The notes beneath the pieces were generated by a model. It did no database searches, was not told the DNA's origin, and saw only the letters and a list, made by a program, of their open reading frames with translations. From Eledone cirrhosa (Eukaryota), in the NCBI GenBank assembly GCA_964016885.1, contig OZ024753.1, positions 38,316,001 to 38,380,000 on the forward strand: DNA of 64,000 nt. The letters are read 5' to 3'. Position 1 is the first letter of the stretch, and every line of letters starts with the position of its first letter. A program made the position numbers and the translations under genes. Below are positions 25,638 through 38,500 of the stretch, piece by piece.

Positions 25638-25706
25638 ATTTAATCTGATAAGAACGCAAATATCGTCCCAGGGTGATATTTGTTTTTGAAATGCGCATAA
25701 TAAAAT
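25638..25706 (+). ncRNA. Type I hammerhead-ribozyme-like motif (Penelope-type, G8>A variant)
   Basis: CTGATAA / long helix II (GCAAATATCG..TGATATTTGT) / GAAA / palindromic ATGCGCAT / A; helix I ATTTAAT:ATAAAAT. Confidence 0.55.
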
Positions 25707-27479
25707 ACATGGAACTTTCTTAACCATCTTTTAATTTCTTATATATATATATATATATAAATGAAAGGTGTGTGTGTGTGTGTGTTTTAATATAGTGCCA
25801 AATCTATTCTTTTAATATTAATAATCAATTCAAAACAAACAGTCTAGTCAGGCAGCAAGTTAACAAATAGGTTGGCAGACAAGAACCACTGTGGAGGACC
25901 AGAGGTATGTTTTCACTGCTCAGGTGACACAGACCAGCAGAATGTTGAGGACCAAATGTATCTTTTCTCTGCTCAGCTAAAAAACATTTCCAACTCCCTT
26001 TCCGAAACAGTGAAAGGGAAGTAACTCAGATTACGAAACTACCTTGTTACAAAAATACATGTCGGCTGCTCTCTAGATATTAACCCTTGCCTATGATTTA
26101 AAGCTAATTTTGAAAATAATTAAACATTTTTGAAGATTTTGTAATATAAGTAACTTTCTTATTATGTAGTTGGTGTTTGGAACATAACTTAACAATGGTT
26201 CGTCCATGAAATTATGGTGGAAAGTTTATATATATATATATATGAACACTTTAAAACATTTTTTAATTACAGAAACTCTTTCATTCTTTAGAAGTTTGTG
26301 AATGATTGTGTCTGTCTTTTCCCCAAACCCCGCTGAGGTTAACTTTGCGTTTCATCCTTCTGGGATCGATAAAATAAAGTACCAGTTAAATAATGCCGTG
26401 AATATAATCGACTTTCCCTTTCCCCCATAAAAAGAAGTTTGTTTTATAGTGCTTATATTTATCTAAAAACCTAAGAACATCGAAAATAGAAAGACGTAAT
26501 TAGATGCCACCAAGTATTTTGTCCGACACATTAACGATTCTGCAAATCCATCGCCACTCGCATAAATAAAAAAATGTAATTAAAATGAAAAAAGGAAATA
26601 TTATAACGAAAGGGATAATTCTGAATTTCTGTAAATTATTTCCCCTGTTCTTTAAAAGTTGCTAACAATTGCTGCCAGGTTTTTATTTTTTCCTGTCTCC
26701 AGTTCAGATAGAAATATAAATTAATTTAGAATTTGAAAATTGAATTAAAGCTTTCGTCGAATTTTAACTACAGAAAATATTCTAATATCAGTATATAAGA
26801 CCCCATAACGGCGGGGGAAATGGGCACCAGTAAACCTGGGAATCGAATCATCTTGTCTGGTGAATGTGTTACATTGAGTTGGTCTAACCAGTTTAGCTCA
26901 CTTATAGGAGTGCTGATGCACATTTTTTTTTTTTGCGTGATGAGGTGGGGGTTACTTATATGACCTGATATCAGACTAATTTTTGTAGTCAAAATATAGC
27001 GAAAGGTCTAATTCAATTCGCTGTCATATTAGGAACAAACACGCCCATTTGAATTAATTTAAATTCTATTTATATTGTATGCACGCAATTCAGTAAATGT
27101 CTAGCCGGACACTTTACGTTCAAATCCCGCCGAGGTCAGATTTATCTTTGATCCTTATGGGATCGATAAATTAAAGTACCAGTAAAACACTTGGGTTGAT
27201 TTAATCCATTTTCACCTTCCCTTCAAATTGCTAGCTTTGTGCCTATAGTAAAAATCATTATTATTAGTGATGAAAATAAAACAATTTGGAATTAAACGAT
27301 TGTACTAGAAGTTAAATCATTTTGTTATATGATTGGAAATATTTAAGACAAAATATTTAAATAATTCTGAGAAAAAATATTTTTAATTATTTTTTAAAAA
27401 TGAAATATATATTAAAATAAACAAAATACACAAGAATTAATGGATTAGAAATGAACACAACAAACAATTCACTGCGTAA

Positions 27480-27715
27480 ATGTCTAGTTTAACAATGGCG
27501 ACACTTCAGAACACGATTTTTCGGAATATACTATTTTGTAGCAAAACTAAATATTTTAGGCAATGTCATGTAGTTTCCCGTAATTTAACACATGCTAGAA
27601 GTTTAGAACTAGACCGACCATTCTTAGTTCGACAGACAACGGGACCTGACCGAGTAGGACAACAACAGAACCGGCATATTTTGCCCTCTAATAATGATTT
27701 CTGTTGTCACTATAG
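27480..27715 (+). CDS. COQ3: COQ3 exon 1 (presequence-like)
   Basis: ORF ends AG|gtaaat in phase 2, matching the exon 2 acceptor. Confidence 0.75.
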
Positions 27716-30700
27716 GTAAATATTATTAAACTAGTTTCTATGTGTAGATTTCAAACCAATGTTTTGCTGGGCTTTTTATTTATTATTATTTGTAGATTTT
27801 AGTAAGTTTATTGTTTATATTTTGTAACTAGCGATCGCTACCTAGAGCAGGCGACTCACTTTCGGTTCCGAGTAATTTTAGTTTTGTCGTCAACGTCCTT
27901 GGGAAACAGTGTAATACCATCCATGTATTAATGTAACAAAATAAAAGTAGAAGGGATAAGTCAGGCACACTGAATTACATGCCGTAACAAGGGATGCCGG
28001 AGTTTCACTTTAATAATTGTTGCGGGTTGGTGAGGCTATTTAACCCATAGTTGAGGTGGATGGCAGTTGATGTTCTTGTTTTTTGTGCTGTTGGGGTCCA
28101 CTTATGCAAGACAAAACACTCGCAGAATATCCAAGGATCTTGCGGGCTGCTATTCGTGGTTGTTGGTAAATAACAACAAAGCGACGAAATCAAAAACAAA
28201 ACGAAGACTGACCACCATTCGGGTTCATGACCAGTTAGGGCCATTCCTATTCACACCCTGTAACGACATGAACAAGGCGGTGAAATGGCAGTGTTGTTAG
28301 AGCCTAGGACAATACGTTTTACGGTATTTAGGTCCGGATTTCTACGCCACGTACAACTAATCCTTCCATCCTTCGGGGATCGATAAATAAAATATTTAAT
28401 ACCAGTACTGGGGTCAATTCTTCTTCTATAGCTCTTTCTTAATCTCTCTCACGTACACCATCTTTTTCTTCTCTGGAAGAAATCGGCTGTGTTTAGACCT
28501 GGGCAAAACGATGGGCCCCGCTAGGTTTTAATGTGCAAGACATGCCGTATGTTACTACGGGAGCCCCTACCACTCCACCAGGAGTTATGGGTCCATAGCA
28601 TGGATGGAACGATATGAACACACGAGGAAGGAATAAATATCCCACAATCTCATTCTCAATCAAAGACTTGTATTTATGAAAATAGTCTACGATAGAATTT
28701 ATGTTTTGTAGTTTCGGATCCATTTATAGTATTACTAGTATTACAGTATTTTATTTTGTAGCTTTGTAAACATCAAGCTCGTAAAAGAATATACAGTAGC
28801 TCTGAAGTTCCCCTGTGCTGCCATTCAATAACATTTTACGAAGTTGTTTTCTAAACTCAACTTCAAAATATCTGATCTGCCCCCCCCCCCATGTTTTTAC
28901 GATATTCGATATTTTAAATTAAGTGACACAACGTATCTTATATAATAAACATTCAAGTTGAAAAGTAACGCATGCAGAGGACATAGCTGATAAGGGGAGA
29001 TAATCATTGAAGTTTCTCTACAAGCACTATTTTCGCAGCTGGCCCTGATTTCAATCGGATTTTGTAAATGTATTATTTGCGCACCATTCTTCCAAATAAA
29101 ATAGATATATACTGCATGTCTTGGGCTTTTAAAACCTAGTGAAGCCTATTGTTCTCCAGTTTTTAAGACAATTTCTTCCAGAAGAGAGAGAGGTGGAGTG
29201 AAAATTTTAGAGGAAGAATCGACCCCAGTACTGGACTGTTACTTTTTTTTATTTTTTTTTTATTGATCTCGAAGGAATGAAAGGCAAAGTTAATGACCGG
29301 CTTAGTGACTACATGTGCCAAGATGCATACTTTACTTTAAAAAAAAAGAAAAGGATTAGCATGAGGAAGGGCATTTGGTTGTAGAATACTGCCTCAGAAA
29401 GTCTTATCCAGTCCATACTAGCATGAAAAAAACATGTAAAAATGATGATTTCTATAGGTTTATTTGTATCGACAAGGTCCCATCCCACATTCGTTTATAG
29501 AATGGGCTGGAACTTGTCAGATCCACCAAGGAAATAATGTTTCCATTGGTCTTTCCAATCTATATTTAGAGTAATAGTTTTGTTTATGATATAACTTCTA
29601 TTGATTTTATTTCATTTCATTAAGGTTTGCAAGCATTTATCGCAGTAACCAAGGAATGAAACCAAACCGACCCAAAGCCCAGAGCACTATTGATGAAGAG
29701 GAAATCAAGAAGTTTTCAGCTTTAGCTCAGCTCTGGTGGGACGAAACTGGAGAGTTTGAGGCATTACATTCCATGAATCGCATTAGAATTCCCTTTATTC
29801 TAACTACTTTAAAAAAGGCTTCAGATGTTAAAGGAGTTCCTTCAAAGTCTCTCCAGGGTTTGAAAATATTGGATGTTGGATGTGGTGGTGGTATTCTAGC
29901 TGAGGTAATTTATATTCTGAACAATTCTAGTTTTCTATGTTAACCAATGTAGATTCTTGTACATTTACTATGGTAGATCCTTGTACATGTGGAGGTGGTA
30001 TATTCTTGTTTCTTGTACACAAAGGCAGTGGTATGCCCTTCCTACCATTAGCATGTATTGAGTGTGTTTATCATGTAGATCACCAACACCATGGAGATTG
30101 TCAAGTCCTTGACACGACTGAAGGTATATATTAGCATAAAAATCTATGTTGAAGCAGCTTGCTTTAACCTAGCATTTAAGCCGACCAGAACCGTCACCTC
30201 TTTTTGATCAAACTGCCCCCCTCATGCTGATGTGAAGACATTGTTTTAAAAATATCAATCTCATAGATTCGATATAAAGTGTTTACCGTGAAAATACAAT
30301 AATAAATATTTTAATTTTTCTTTTAAATTTCTTACAGCCATTAGCAAGATTAGGTGCTACAGTAATTGGTGTTGATGCATCTGAAGAAAATATCAGAATT
30401 GCTCAGAATCACTTGCAGAATGACCCAAATATTGTGTGCAAAGTGAAGTATATCCATTCAACTATAGAGGATGTCGTTGCTACGGAAAGAAACAAATTTG
30501 ATGCAGTTGTTGCTTCTGAAGTTGTTGAACATGTAGCTGATGTAGGAGCCTTTCTTGAATGCTGCTGTGATTTAGTGAAGGTTTGCTAGTTCAATTTTGG
30601 TTTATTTCCCTTCTAAACATCGTAAAAGAGAAATTGGGGACAGATCAATAATTGATAAGTTTGCATGTTTCCATAACATAGTAGTTGGGGTGTTGGACTT

Positions 30701-31866
30701 ATCCTACAATGTGGGTTCATTTCACATTGCTGAAAAGGAGTGCTGGCCAGAATTTTCACCTCTTCCTGTTCAAACCTATGTTAAGATAGGTTCTCAAAAT
30801 CCCGTAGATTCGATGTGAAATAAAATGTTTACTGTGAAAATACTATAGAGTTAACTCTATGGACTGGCTTCCTGTCCAGGGAGGAGTCTTTAACTGTCGC
30901 TTTACACCACAGAAGCCAGGGTGAGGAGTCTGGGTTCAAAACAGACTTTAGACTTTAACATAGTAAGCTCTTGGTAAAAAGAACTTTTTCAATGTTTAGA
31001 GTTGTTAATGGCCTCAACTGCATTATTATTATTATTGTATAGGTAAAACATACTTTGCCTTTTGTCCTTACAGAGGAGTTAATTCAGTTGACTTCCCCTC
31101 CAAAGTTTCTTGGACTTGTGCCTAAATCAGAAGCCACTATTAGCATGATTAACTGTATCACATTAAATATTAAAGTCTTTACCCTAATACTGCAAATCTC
31201 CACAATCTGTCTATTAGTAAAGATAGTTATTGATTTCATGAATCTCTCTCTCCAGCCTGGTGGTTCACTGTTTGTGACAACAATCAATAAAACATTGTCT
31301 TCCTATTTGTTTGGTGTGTTGGCTGCTGAACGACTTTTACATCTTGTTGCTCCAGGAACTCATGACTGGAAAAAATTTATATCACCAATGGATGTTCAGT
31401 ATCTTATTGAAGAAAGTAAGTATCATGAAGTGATCACCTTTTCTCGTCTAACCCCCCCCCCCCCACCCTTTTTACTTTTTAAAAAAATATTTCTAATGAA
31501 ATGCTACTTCAATTAACACTTTAGCATTTAAACTGGCTACTAAATATGTTAAGGTACCGTTCTCAAAATCTTAGATTCAATGTGAGGTAAAGCCTTTACC
31601 ACGAAAATGCAAAAGGGTTAACGAAGAATGAGATTTACTAAGATTATTTTATGTTATTTATGCCGGAAGATTTTAATATTAGATGTTTCTTTTTATGATG
31701 TCATCCTATGTAAAATAATTTTAATGCCATTCAATTTCTTTTATTTACAGATAATATGATCACAAGAGTCATTCATGGCTTGAAATACAATCCATTTGCT
31801 AAAAAATGGAGGTGGTCCGCAGATACCAGCATTAATTATGCCTTACATGCTATTAAACCACTTTAG
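27480..31866 (+). CDS. COQ3: Ubiquinone biosynthesis O-methyltransferase, mitochondrial (COQ3)
   Basis: Exons 27480-27715, 29625-29904, 30338-30580, 31256-31415, 31751-31866 (1035 nt, 344 aa). Contains WWDETGEFEALHSMN, SAM motif I ILDVGCGGGIL, FDAVVASEVVEHV, PGGSLFVTTINKT, GTHDWKKFISP, YNPF and INYA. The basic, Ser/Thr-rich N-terminus resembles a mitochondrial presequence. An in-frame ATG at 27495 has better context. Confidence 0.95.
29625..29904 (+). CDS. COQ3: COQ3 exon 2
   Basis: STIDEEEIKKF..LDVGCGGGILAE|gtaatt. Confidence 0.93.
30338..30580 (+). CDS. COQ3: COQ3 exon 3
   Basis: cttacag|PLARLGATVIGVDAS..SEVVEHV..DLVK|gtttgc; 243 nt. Confidence 0.95.
31256..31415 (+). CDS. COQ3: COQ3 exon 4
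   Basis: tccag|PGGSLFVTTINKT..GTHDWKKFISP..|gtaagt. Confidence 0.95.
31751..31866 (+). CDS. COQ3: COQ3 exon 5 (to stop)
   Basis: ttacag|..GLKYNPFAKKWRWSADTSINYALHAIKPL*. Confidence 0.93.
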
Positions 31867-32250
31867 AGAGATTTAAACAGGCAATAAGACGTCTTACCTA
31901 CAACCAAGTGTGTGTATTATGTATCTCGAATCACCACTGAGAATGAACAGCATTTGAAATTTATTGCCCCATGTGTTGCTTTCTGGCAACAGTGATGTAA
32001 AAGTAACTACTTCACAAAATTGAATAAGTTACCCCTAGCTCTTTAGCATTTAAACCAGCCATATCTGCCCAGAATTCCCTCACCTTTCTGTTCAAACTGG
32101 CCATAAGCAGCAGCTCATACCGATATTTATTTTGAGAACAATACCGTAACATCAAAATCTCAGAATGTAAATGCTAAAGGGTTAGAGATGGAAAATAATG
32201 GGTGCATGTGCATATCCTTACACATCCATCGCATCAAGCTGTATAAAATG

Positions 32251-32256
32251 AATAAA
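32251..32256 (+). terminator. Candidate polyA signal of COQ3
   Basis: AATAAA about 385 nt after the stop codon; a second AATAAA is at 32313-32318. Confidence 0.45.
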
Positions 32257-32288
32257 GAAACTTAGAAACAAAATAAGGAAAAATATCT

Positions 32289-32294
32289 TTTATT
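32289..32294 (-). terminator. Candidate polyA signal of importin-alpha
   Basis: TTTATT on plus (AATAAA on minus), about 215 nt after the stop codon. Confidence 0.5.
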
Positions 32295-32509
32295 AAACTT
32301 TACAATTTATACAATAAAGATATTTTGAATGTGTGCGTGTGTATGTATATAATAGGTCTGTGTAAATTTGTGTATATCAAATATGTATCATGTTTTGTGA
32401 TATATGCAGCAGACAAAGATGCATACCGCCAAGCAGGGTCACATTCAAAATACACATTTAGAATCAAACAAAACAATTCAAACAAGGTAAAAAAAATAAA
32501 AAATAAAGT

Positions 32510-32596
32510 TTAGAAATTGAAGCTGTCAGTCTGTTGTTCTACCTTCATTTGGTAAGCATTGTCGGAAGATTCTGGTCCAAGAGTATCGTCCTCTTG
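32510..32596 (-). CDS. KPNA2: Importin-alpha last coding exon
   Basis: [28 protein letters not shown]. Confidence 0.9.
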   Translation of the reverse strand, partial: QEDDTLGPESSDNAYQMKVEQQTDSFNF

Positions 32597-35500
32597 CTGA
32601 TATAAAGAAATACAAATAATATACATGTGATTAAAATGTCAAATGTTGAATTTAATGAAAAATGAAATGAAACAAGATGTAGATTTAGCTGGCCTCCTTT
32701 CTAAATTGTATCAGTTTTCTTGAGTGTTTTCATGATAAGACTGGGGCTTCCTATCATGAAAAGTAAAAAATGACAGGAAATTACAGCTGGCACCTACACA
32801 GGTCTAGCTAGCCTTATACAAGGCTTCATTCGAATGGGACTCCTATCATGACTAGCCACAAAAAAAAAAAAAAAAAAAAAAAAAAAATAAAGCATTGAAC
32901 CCAATGTTATGATTGCAAGACCAACACCCTAACCATTAGGGTCATGCAACTACAATTTAATGACCAACTCAACAAATAAAATCCAAAAGTAATTATAATA
33001 CTCACATCTCCAGAAAAGTATTTCTCAATCATGTGTAATGAGGCTTTGTAAACCAATTCATTCTCATGGCCCTGAAGACTTTCAATCTTATCAAGACCAC
33101 CAATCTCTTCAATCATAAGGCACACTTCATTCAAGTGACCACACTTTTCTGCAGCCTGTTGAAAATAAATCGAACCTTTTTATACAAAACCACTCCTTGA
33201 TTGATTTTACAATATAAGACAATTCAAAACCCAGTCATGAAATATATTGAAGGTTTCAATAAATTTTGAAAAGGGAAGGTTTTAGTAAAATAACTTTCAC
33301 GAAGGTTAGAAGATAAAGTTCTCATAAAATTATGATGGAAGGGTGGTCAACTTACCATAAGAATATTCTGGAAAGCATCTAAAATAACAAGAACCACCTT
33401 AGCATCTCTGATGACCAGCATCTCACAAAGATGCTTTATCACGTCACACCTAACAAGGAAGCTGATTTGTTCAATGGTACCACCAGAAGTCAAGTTAGTA
33501 ACAGCCCAAACAGCTTCCTTTTGGGTCTTGAAGTCACCCTATGTAGAAAATAATTTGAAATTTATCACAAGCTCATACAACACTGAATTATAATTTTCTT
33601 TAACATGTCCCCCCCCCCCCCACTTGCATGGGTTAGATAAGTTGTCATATTCAGACAAGCCCAATCAGGTGAACCATGTCTTGCTCATACAGATATGTAT
33701 TTTTGTTTGGCTTCTACAGCTGAATGCCCTTCCTAACACCTATCATGTAAGTGTTGACTGGGTGCTCTTTTTTGCATATCATGAACACAATTACCTTGAA
33801 ACAGAATTATACATTATTCTGACCACTTTTCCATGCTGGCATGGGTTTCGATAGGATATTTTACAGACGAATGCCAATCCCTTATAGCACACAGAGATAC
33901 AGTCCAGTTACATTCAGTGTACTTCATTAGAAATATGACCACGAAAGGGTTAAATGATAGCTGGATCCTCTGGCTTTGAAATTAATTATGTAATACATTA
34001 CCATAAGGGCAATTTTACAGAGGAGCAAAGTAAAACCATTTAACATTTATACTGGCCAGAATTCTCTCACCTCTTTCTGTTCAAACCAGCCACTCACAGA
34101 CATTAAGCTATTATTCTCAAAATAAATAATATCAAAATCTTGTAGATTCCATATTATGTAAGATAATTATATGAGGTAAAGCGTTTACCATTAAAATATA
34201 AAGTAATGTAAATGGCTAAAGAATAAAATGAAAGTTAAGTAAATAGGAACTAATTCACTTACAATTGCCAGCTTCTCGACAATAATAGGGATGATACCAG
34301 CGTCAATAACTTGTTGGATTTGACTTGAATTTCCGGCAGTGATGTTGGAGATTGTCCACGTAGCTTCCTTTTGAATGTTATGTCGTGAATGATTCAACAA
34401 ACCACAAAACACAACCAAAGCACTGGCTTCCAACACAACCTTCAGAGAGAGAAGGAAAACATTTTAACATGTCTAACAAAATAAGGATGAAAGGCAAAGC
34501 TAACCTCGGCGAGATCTGAACTCAGAACACAAAGGGCCATAACTATATGCCACAGAGCATGCTGCTTGATGCTCTATTAATCCACCACCCAATAATAATT
34601 GTTTCTACTTTCTGGCACAAGGCCAGCAATTAACCAGCGCATTACTGGTATGGTACTTTATTTTATCGACCCCCCCGTAAGGATGAAAGGCAAAGTTAAC
34701 CTCGGCAGGATTTGAACTCAGATCATACAGGGAGGTAACTATGCTTCAAAGCATGGCGTCCGACCCTCTACCAATACTGCCAATCCACCATCTAATAATA
34801 ATAATCGTTTGATTTAGGCACAAGGCCAACAATTTGCGGGGGAAAGGGAAAATCGACCCCAGTGCATTTCTGGTACTTTATTTTATAATAAAACTTACTT
34901 GCGTCTGACAGTCATCGCCAGTGACAATGTTTCCAACTGTCCTCAAGGCAGGCGTTATCACAGATATTTTTGGGTGTTGTAAGAGTTCAACCAAACGTGG
35001 AACCACATCTGCAAAAGAAAAGATTCTAGAGTTAAAAGGTTCACCCAAGATTGTGCTATTTTCTGCATATCTTGTTACTAAACTTTACTCGTTTGCCAGC
35101 CACGGCTATATAACTATATACAATCTTCCATATGAATTTCAGTTTGTAAACACGAAAAACATGAAAAGCGACGTTGAAATCTACCTGGGCCCAAGTGTAT
35201 TCGGTACCCACTGTTGGAGCTCTCACCAATTCAATTGTCTCCGATCATTGTGCACGGTCACACCAAGTTCCTACAATGGAGCTGGCTCATCCTACCCCAG
35301 GTGAATTCCACCACAAGTACAAGTGAAGTAGTTTGGAAATCATTAAGAAATGTAAGCGGAGAAAGAGAAAGAAAGTAAGAAAATACTTACGGCTTTCAAT
35401 AACAGCTTGTATTTTCTCATTAGGCCCATCAGTAATATAAGAGAAAGCCCAGAGTGTGTCAGAAAGAACCTCGTGGTCACCATGGTTTAAAAGTGAGGAG

Positions 35501-38500
35501 AGAACTGGAAGGCAACTTTTAATAACACTAAAAGACGGGGTTGGGTTTTTGTTTCTACACAAATTGGAAATCGTCCAGGTAACATTTCTCAGAAATCCAG
35601 CCTAAAAATAATATATATAAAAAAAAAAAAAAAATTAAAATCAACGGAACAAGACCCCCCCCCCCCATAAAACTAGAATTCCATTGACAAAGAAACCTAC
35701 AGGTAGATCGTGTTGCGCAAGTTTAAGAAGTGGTTCCACAACACCACATTCTGTGACAAAGTCCCGCATCTCTGGTCCATCACCTGAAGTTGGAAGGTAA
35801 TAAAAAAACAAAAAAAAAAAAACAATTAAATTCCAGGAATATACTCAGTCAACTAGAGGGGTGGGGGGAGACAAAGAAAATCTATATTATAAGAGCAGTG
35901 TCCGTCCGTCACACTCACTTTAGAGCGAGAGACGCCGCCCTCATCTAGTATATATACTAGTCTGTCACAAAAATCAGTAATTTTCTAGGTTGTCTTCATT
36001 GATTTTGTTTTTAAATCAGAATTAGTTATTTAATCTCTACATATTGAGACCACAACCCATCCTATTTATTTTATAGCATACGAGATTTCTTGTACTGTAT
36101 AATGTTTTTTCATGTCTAAAGAAAATCAATTGTCACAGGAGCTAGCACATAACATTTTTTTATCCGAGATAGAGTAGCAAAATAAGTGGAGGTGGGGATG
36201 ATTATTCAAGACCTGAGAAGTCAAATGGCTAAAATCAGAAAAAAAAAAAAAAAAAAAATTAAAGATGGCACACATACACTCATATGTGTGTGGTGCCCCA
36301 GCATGGCCTCAGCCTGTCGGCTAAAACATAATAGAGTAATTATATATATTTACCAGCAATGTTACCAAGGGCCCACACTGCTTGTTCACAGACATGGAGA
36401 TCTTCAGATGTTAATAGGGAGATGAAATCAGGAACAGCCCCAGCAGCTACAACTGCCTTAGTTTGGTCACTGTTACCAGAGGCTATGTTGGTCAGGGCCC
36501 AGGCAGCTTCAAACTGGAGTTCAGGCCTGAAATAATAAATATATATATATATATGTAAATGTATACACTCTCAGACAAACCTGTGACACTAAAACAATAG
36601 AAGACAGAATACGTAATATCTGCTTTCCCCACCAAACTTATGCTTTTAGATTATATAATAATATCTCTCACACATTTAATATAAAATATATCCCATCACA
36701 GAAGATGGGATATATTTTATTTGACACCCACCACTAAAAAAAGTTAGGTGCATTCTAAATAATTTGAGACCATTTTGGACAAAGCATAAAGTTTTTGTGA
36801 CTAAAGAACACCTATAATAATGAAAAAAAGTGTTCATACAAACCTTCCAATACATTTCAAGAATTCAACCATTTTCGGTACAAGACCAGCAGTTATGATG
36901 GCATCTATAGGTGGATTCCTTTCCTTGGAGAGTAAGCGCCGGGCAGCTTGTGTTGCTTCAAGCTGAGCTTCAACAGAATCACCGGTGATGCCAAAGATGA
37001 TTTCATTGAGAGTCAAAGAGGAACTTGTACCCTGTAGAATATAACCAAAAAGATCCTTTCATAGCGCCATTTGAAGTGTTTTAAAATATTGGCTGAGAAA
37101 ATAGGTACAAATAATAGTGTATAATCAATAGCTTCAAACAAAACTGGTGAAAAGAAATGTTTAACAAAAACCGTTTGAAATCACATCTGGTTCAACCAGG
37201 AGCTGTTTATTTAAAGTTTATCAATATTTTATTTAAAAAACTTTTTATGTATGTCGTTTACTAGGTCCTAAAAAACAAAAAACAAACATTGTTACTGTAA
37301 CTCACTAGTCTAATAGTTCTTTAATCTGGAATGGTGCGCATTGATGTTCCCTCTCATTTATATGCATCTGGAGGATGGTGAGGGAGACACCTTGGAAGAA
37401 CCATCTCAGCTCGCAAGGCTCACACTTGCGGGTGACCTATGTTCCAAAATCTAGCTTAATAATGAGAGTGATATAGCTAACCCCCCCCCCCCCCTTAAAC
37501 TGTTATGCATATGGTTATGTCAGGCTCTTGCCCCCCCCCCCCCCCCCCAAAAAAAATCGATGGGGGTGTTCTATAATACCGAAAGTTTACCTGATTTCTC
37601 TCTTTTAGTGGACTGACAGCATCATCAGACAATTCCCCAATATTTCTTCTCTTCATCGTCTGGTCATCTTTTTTCTGTTTACGCAATTCCACTGAAACCT
37701 CAGCCCTTCGTCGTCGCATCTCCTAAAATACACAAATTTACACAGCTTATGAGAAAAAAATGAGAGAACACGAACATTAAAATATAAATATTCAAGAACA
37801 ATGTTATTAGTTTCAGTTATTTGACTGACCATGCCAGGGTATTGCGTTGATTTAGTGGATCATAGTCCTTTCAAATCTGGTACATATTACTGGCAGAATC
37901 GGTAGACCGTTGGACACCATGCTCTGTCGCATAGACGTATGGCCCTTTACGGTCTGAGTTCAAATCCCGCCGAGGTCAACTTTGCCTTTCATTCTTACGG
38001 GGTAGATAAAATAAAGTACCAGTAATGCACTGGAGTAATTGCTGGCCTTGTGCCAAAAGTAGAAACAATTATTGCACCCACCTCCGCAGAAAACTATTTT
38101 ACAACGGGTTTGAAGGCCACATTCAACGTTTAAAAAATCATAGGAAAAACTAATTTCACATAAAATCAATTTGGTTTTTCTTTACTATTACACTAGGTGT
38201 GACGGGTGTAATAGTAAAGATTTGTCATTTTATCGAACAGTTATAAATGCAAAGACGGACACACACACACAATCTATTGATTTAAGAAACATTGCGGATG
38301 ATCAGTCGATTATTACAAAAGATTATGAAAATCAGATAAAGAACCCCTTTAGACAAAAGGTGTCTGGCAAAGAATCGAAACCCGCATCTCTCGGATGTCA
38401 GGCAAGTGCGTTAAGTATCACGTTTATGAGCTGCTGGCCACCAAATTGCACTCTGTTATAGAGCTTAAAATCTGATAAAAATACGCAAACAAACGGTTGA

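Noticed and set aside
37890-37975. tRNA gene
   Set aside because: A and B boxes belong to a SINE head; no cloverleaf or acceptor stem, and it continues into the SINE body.
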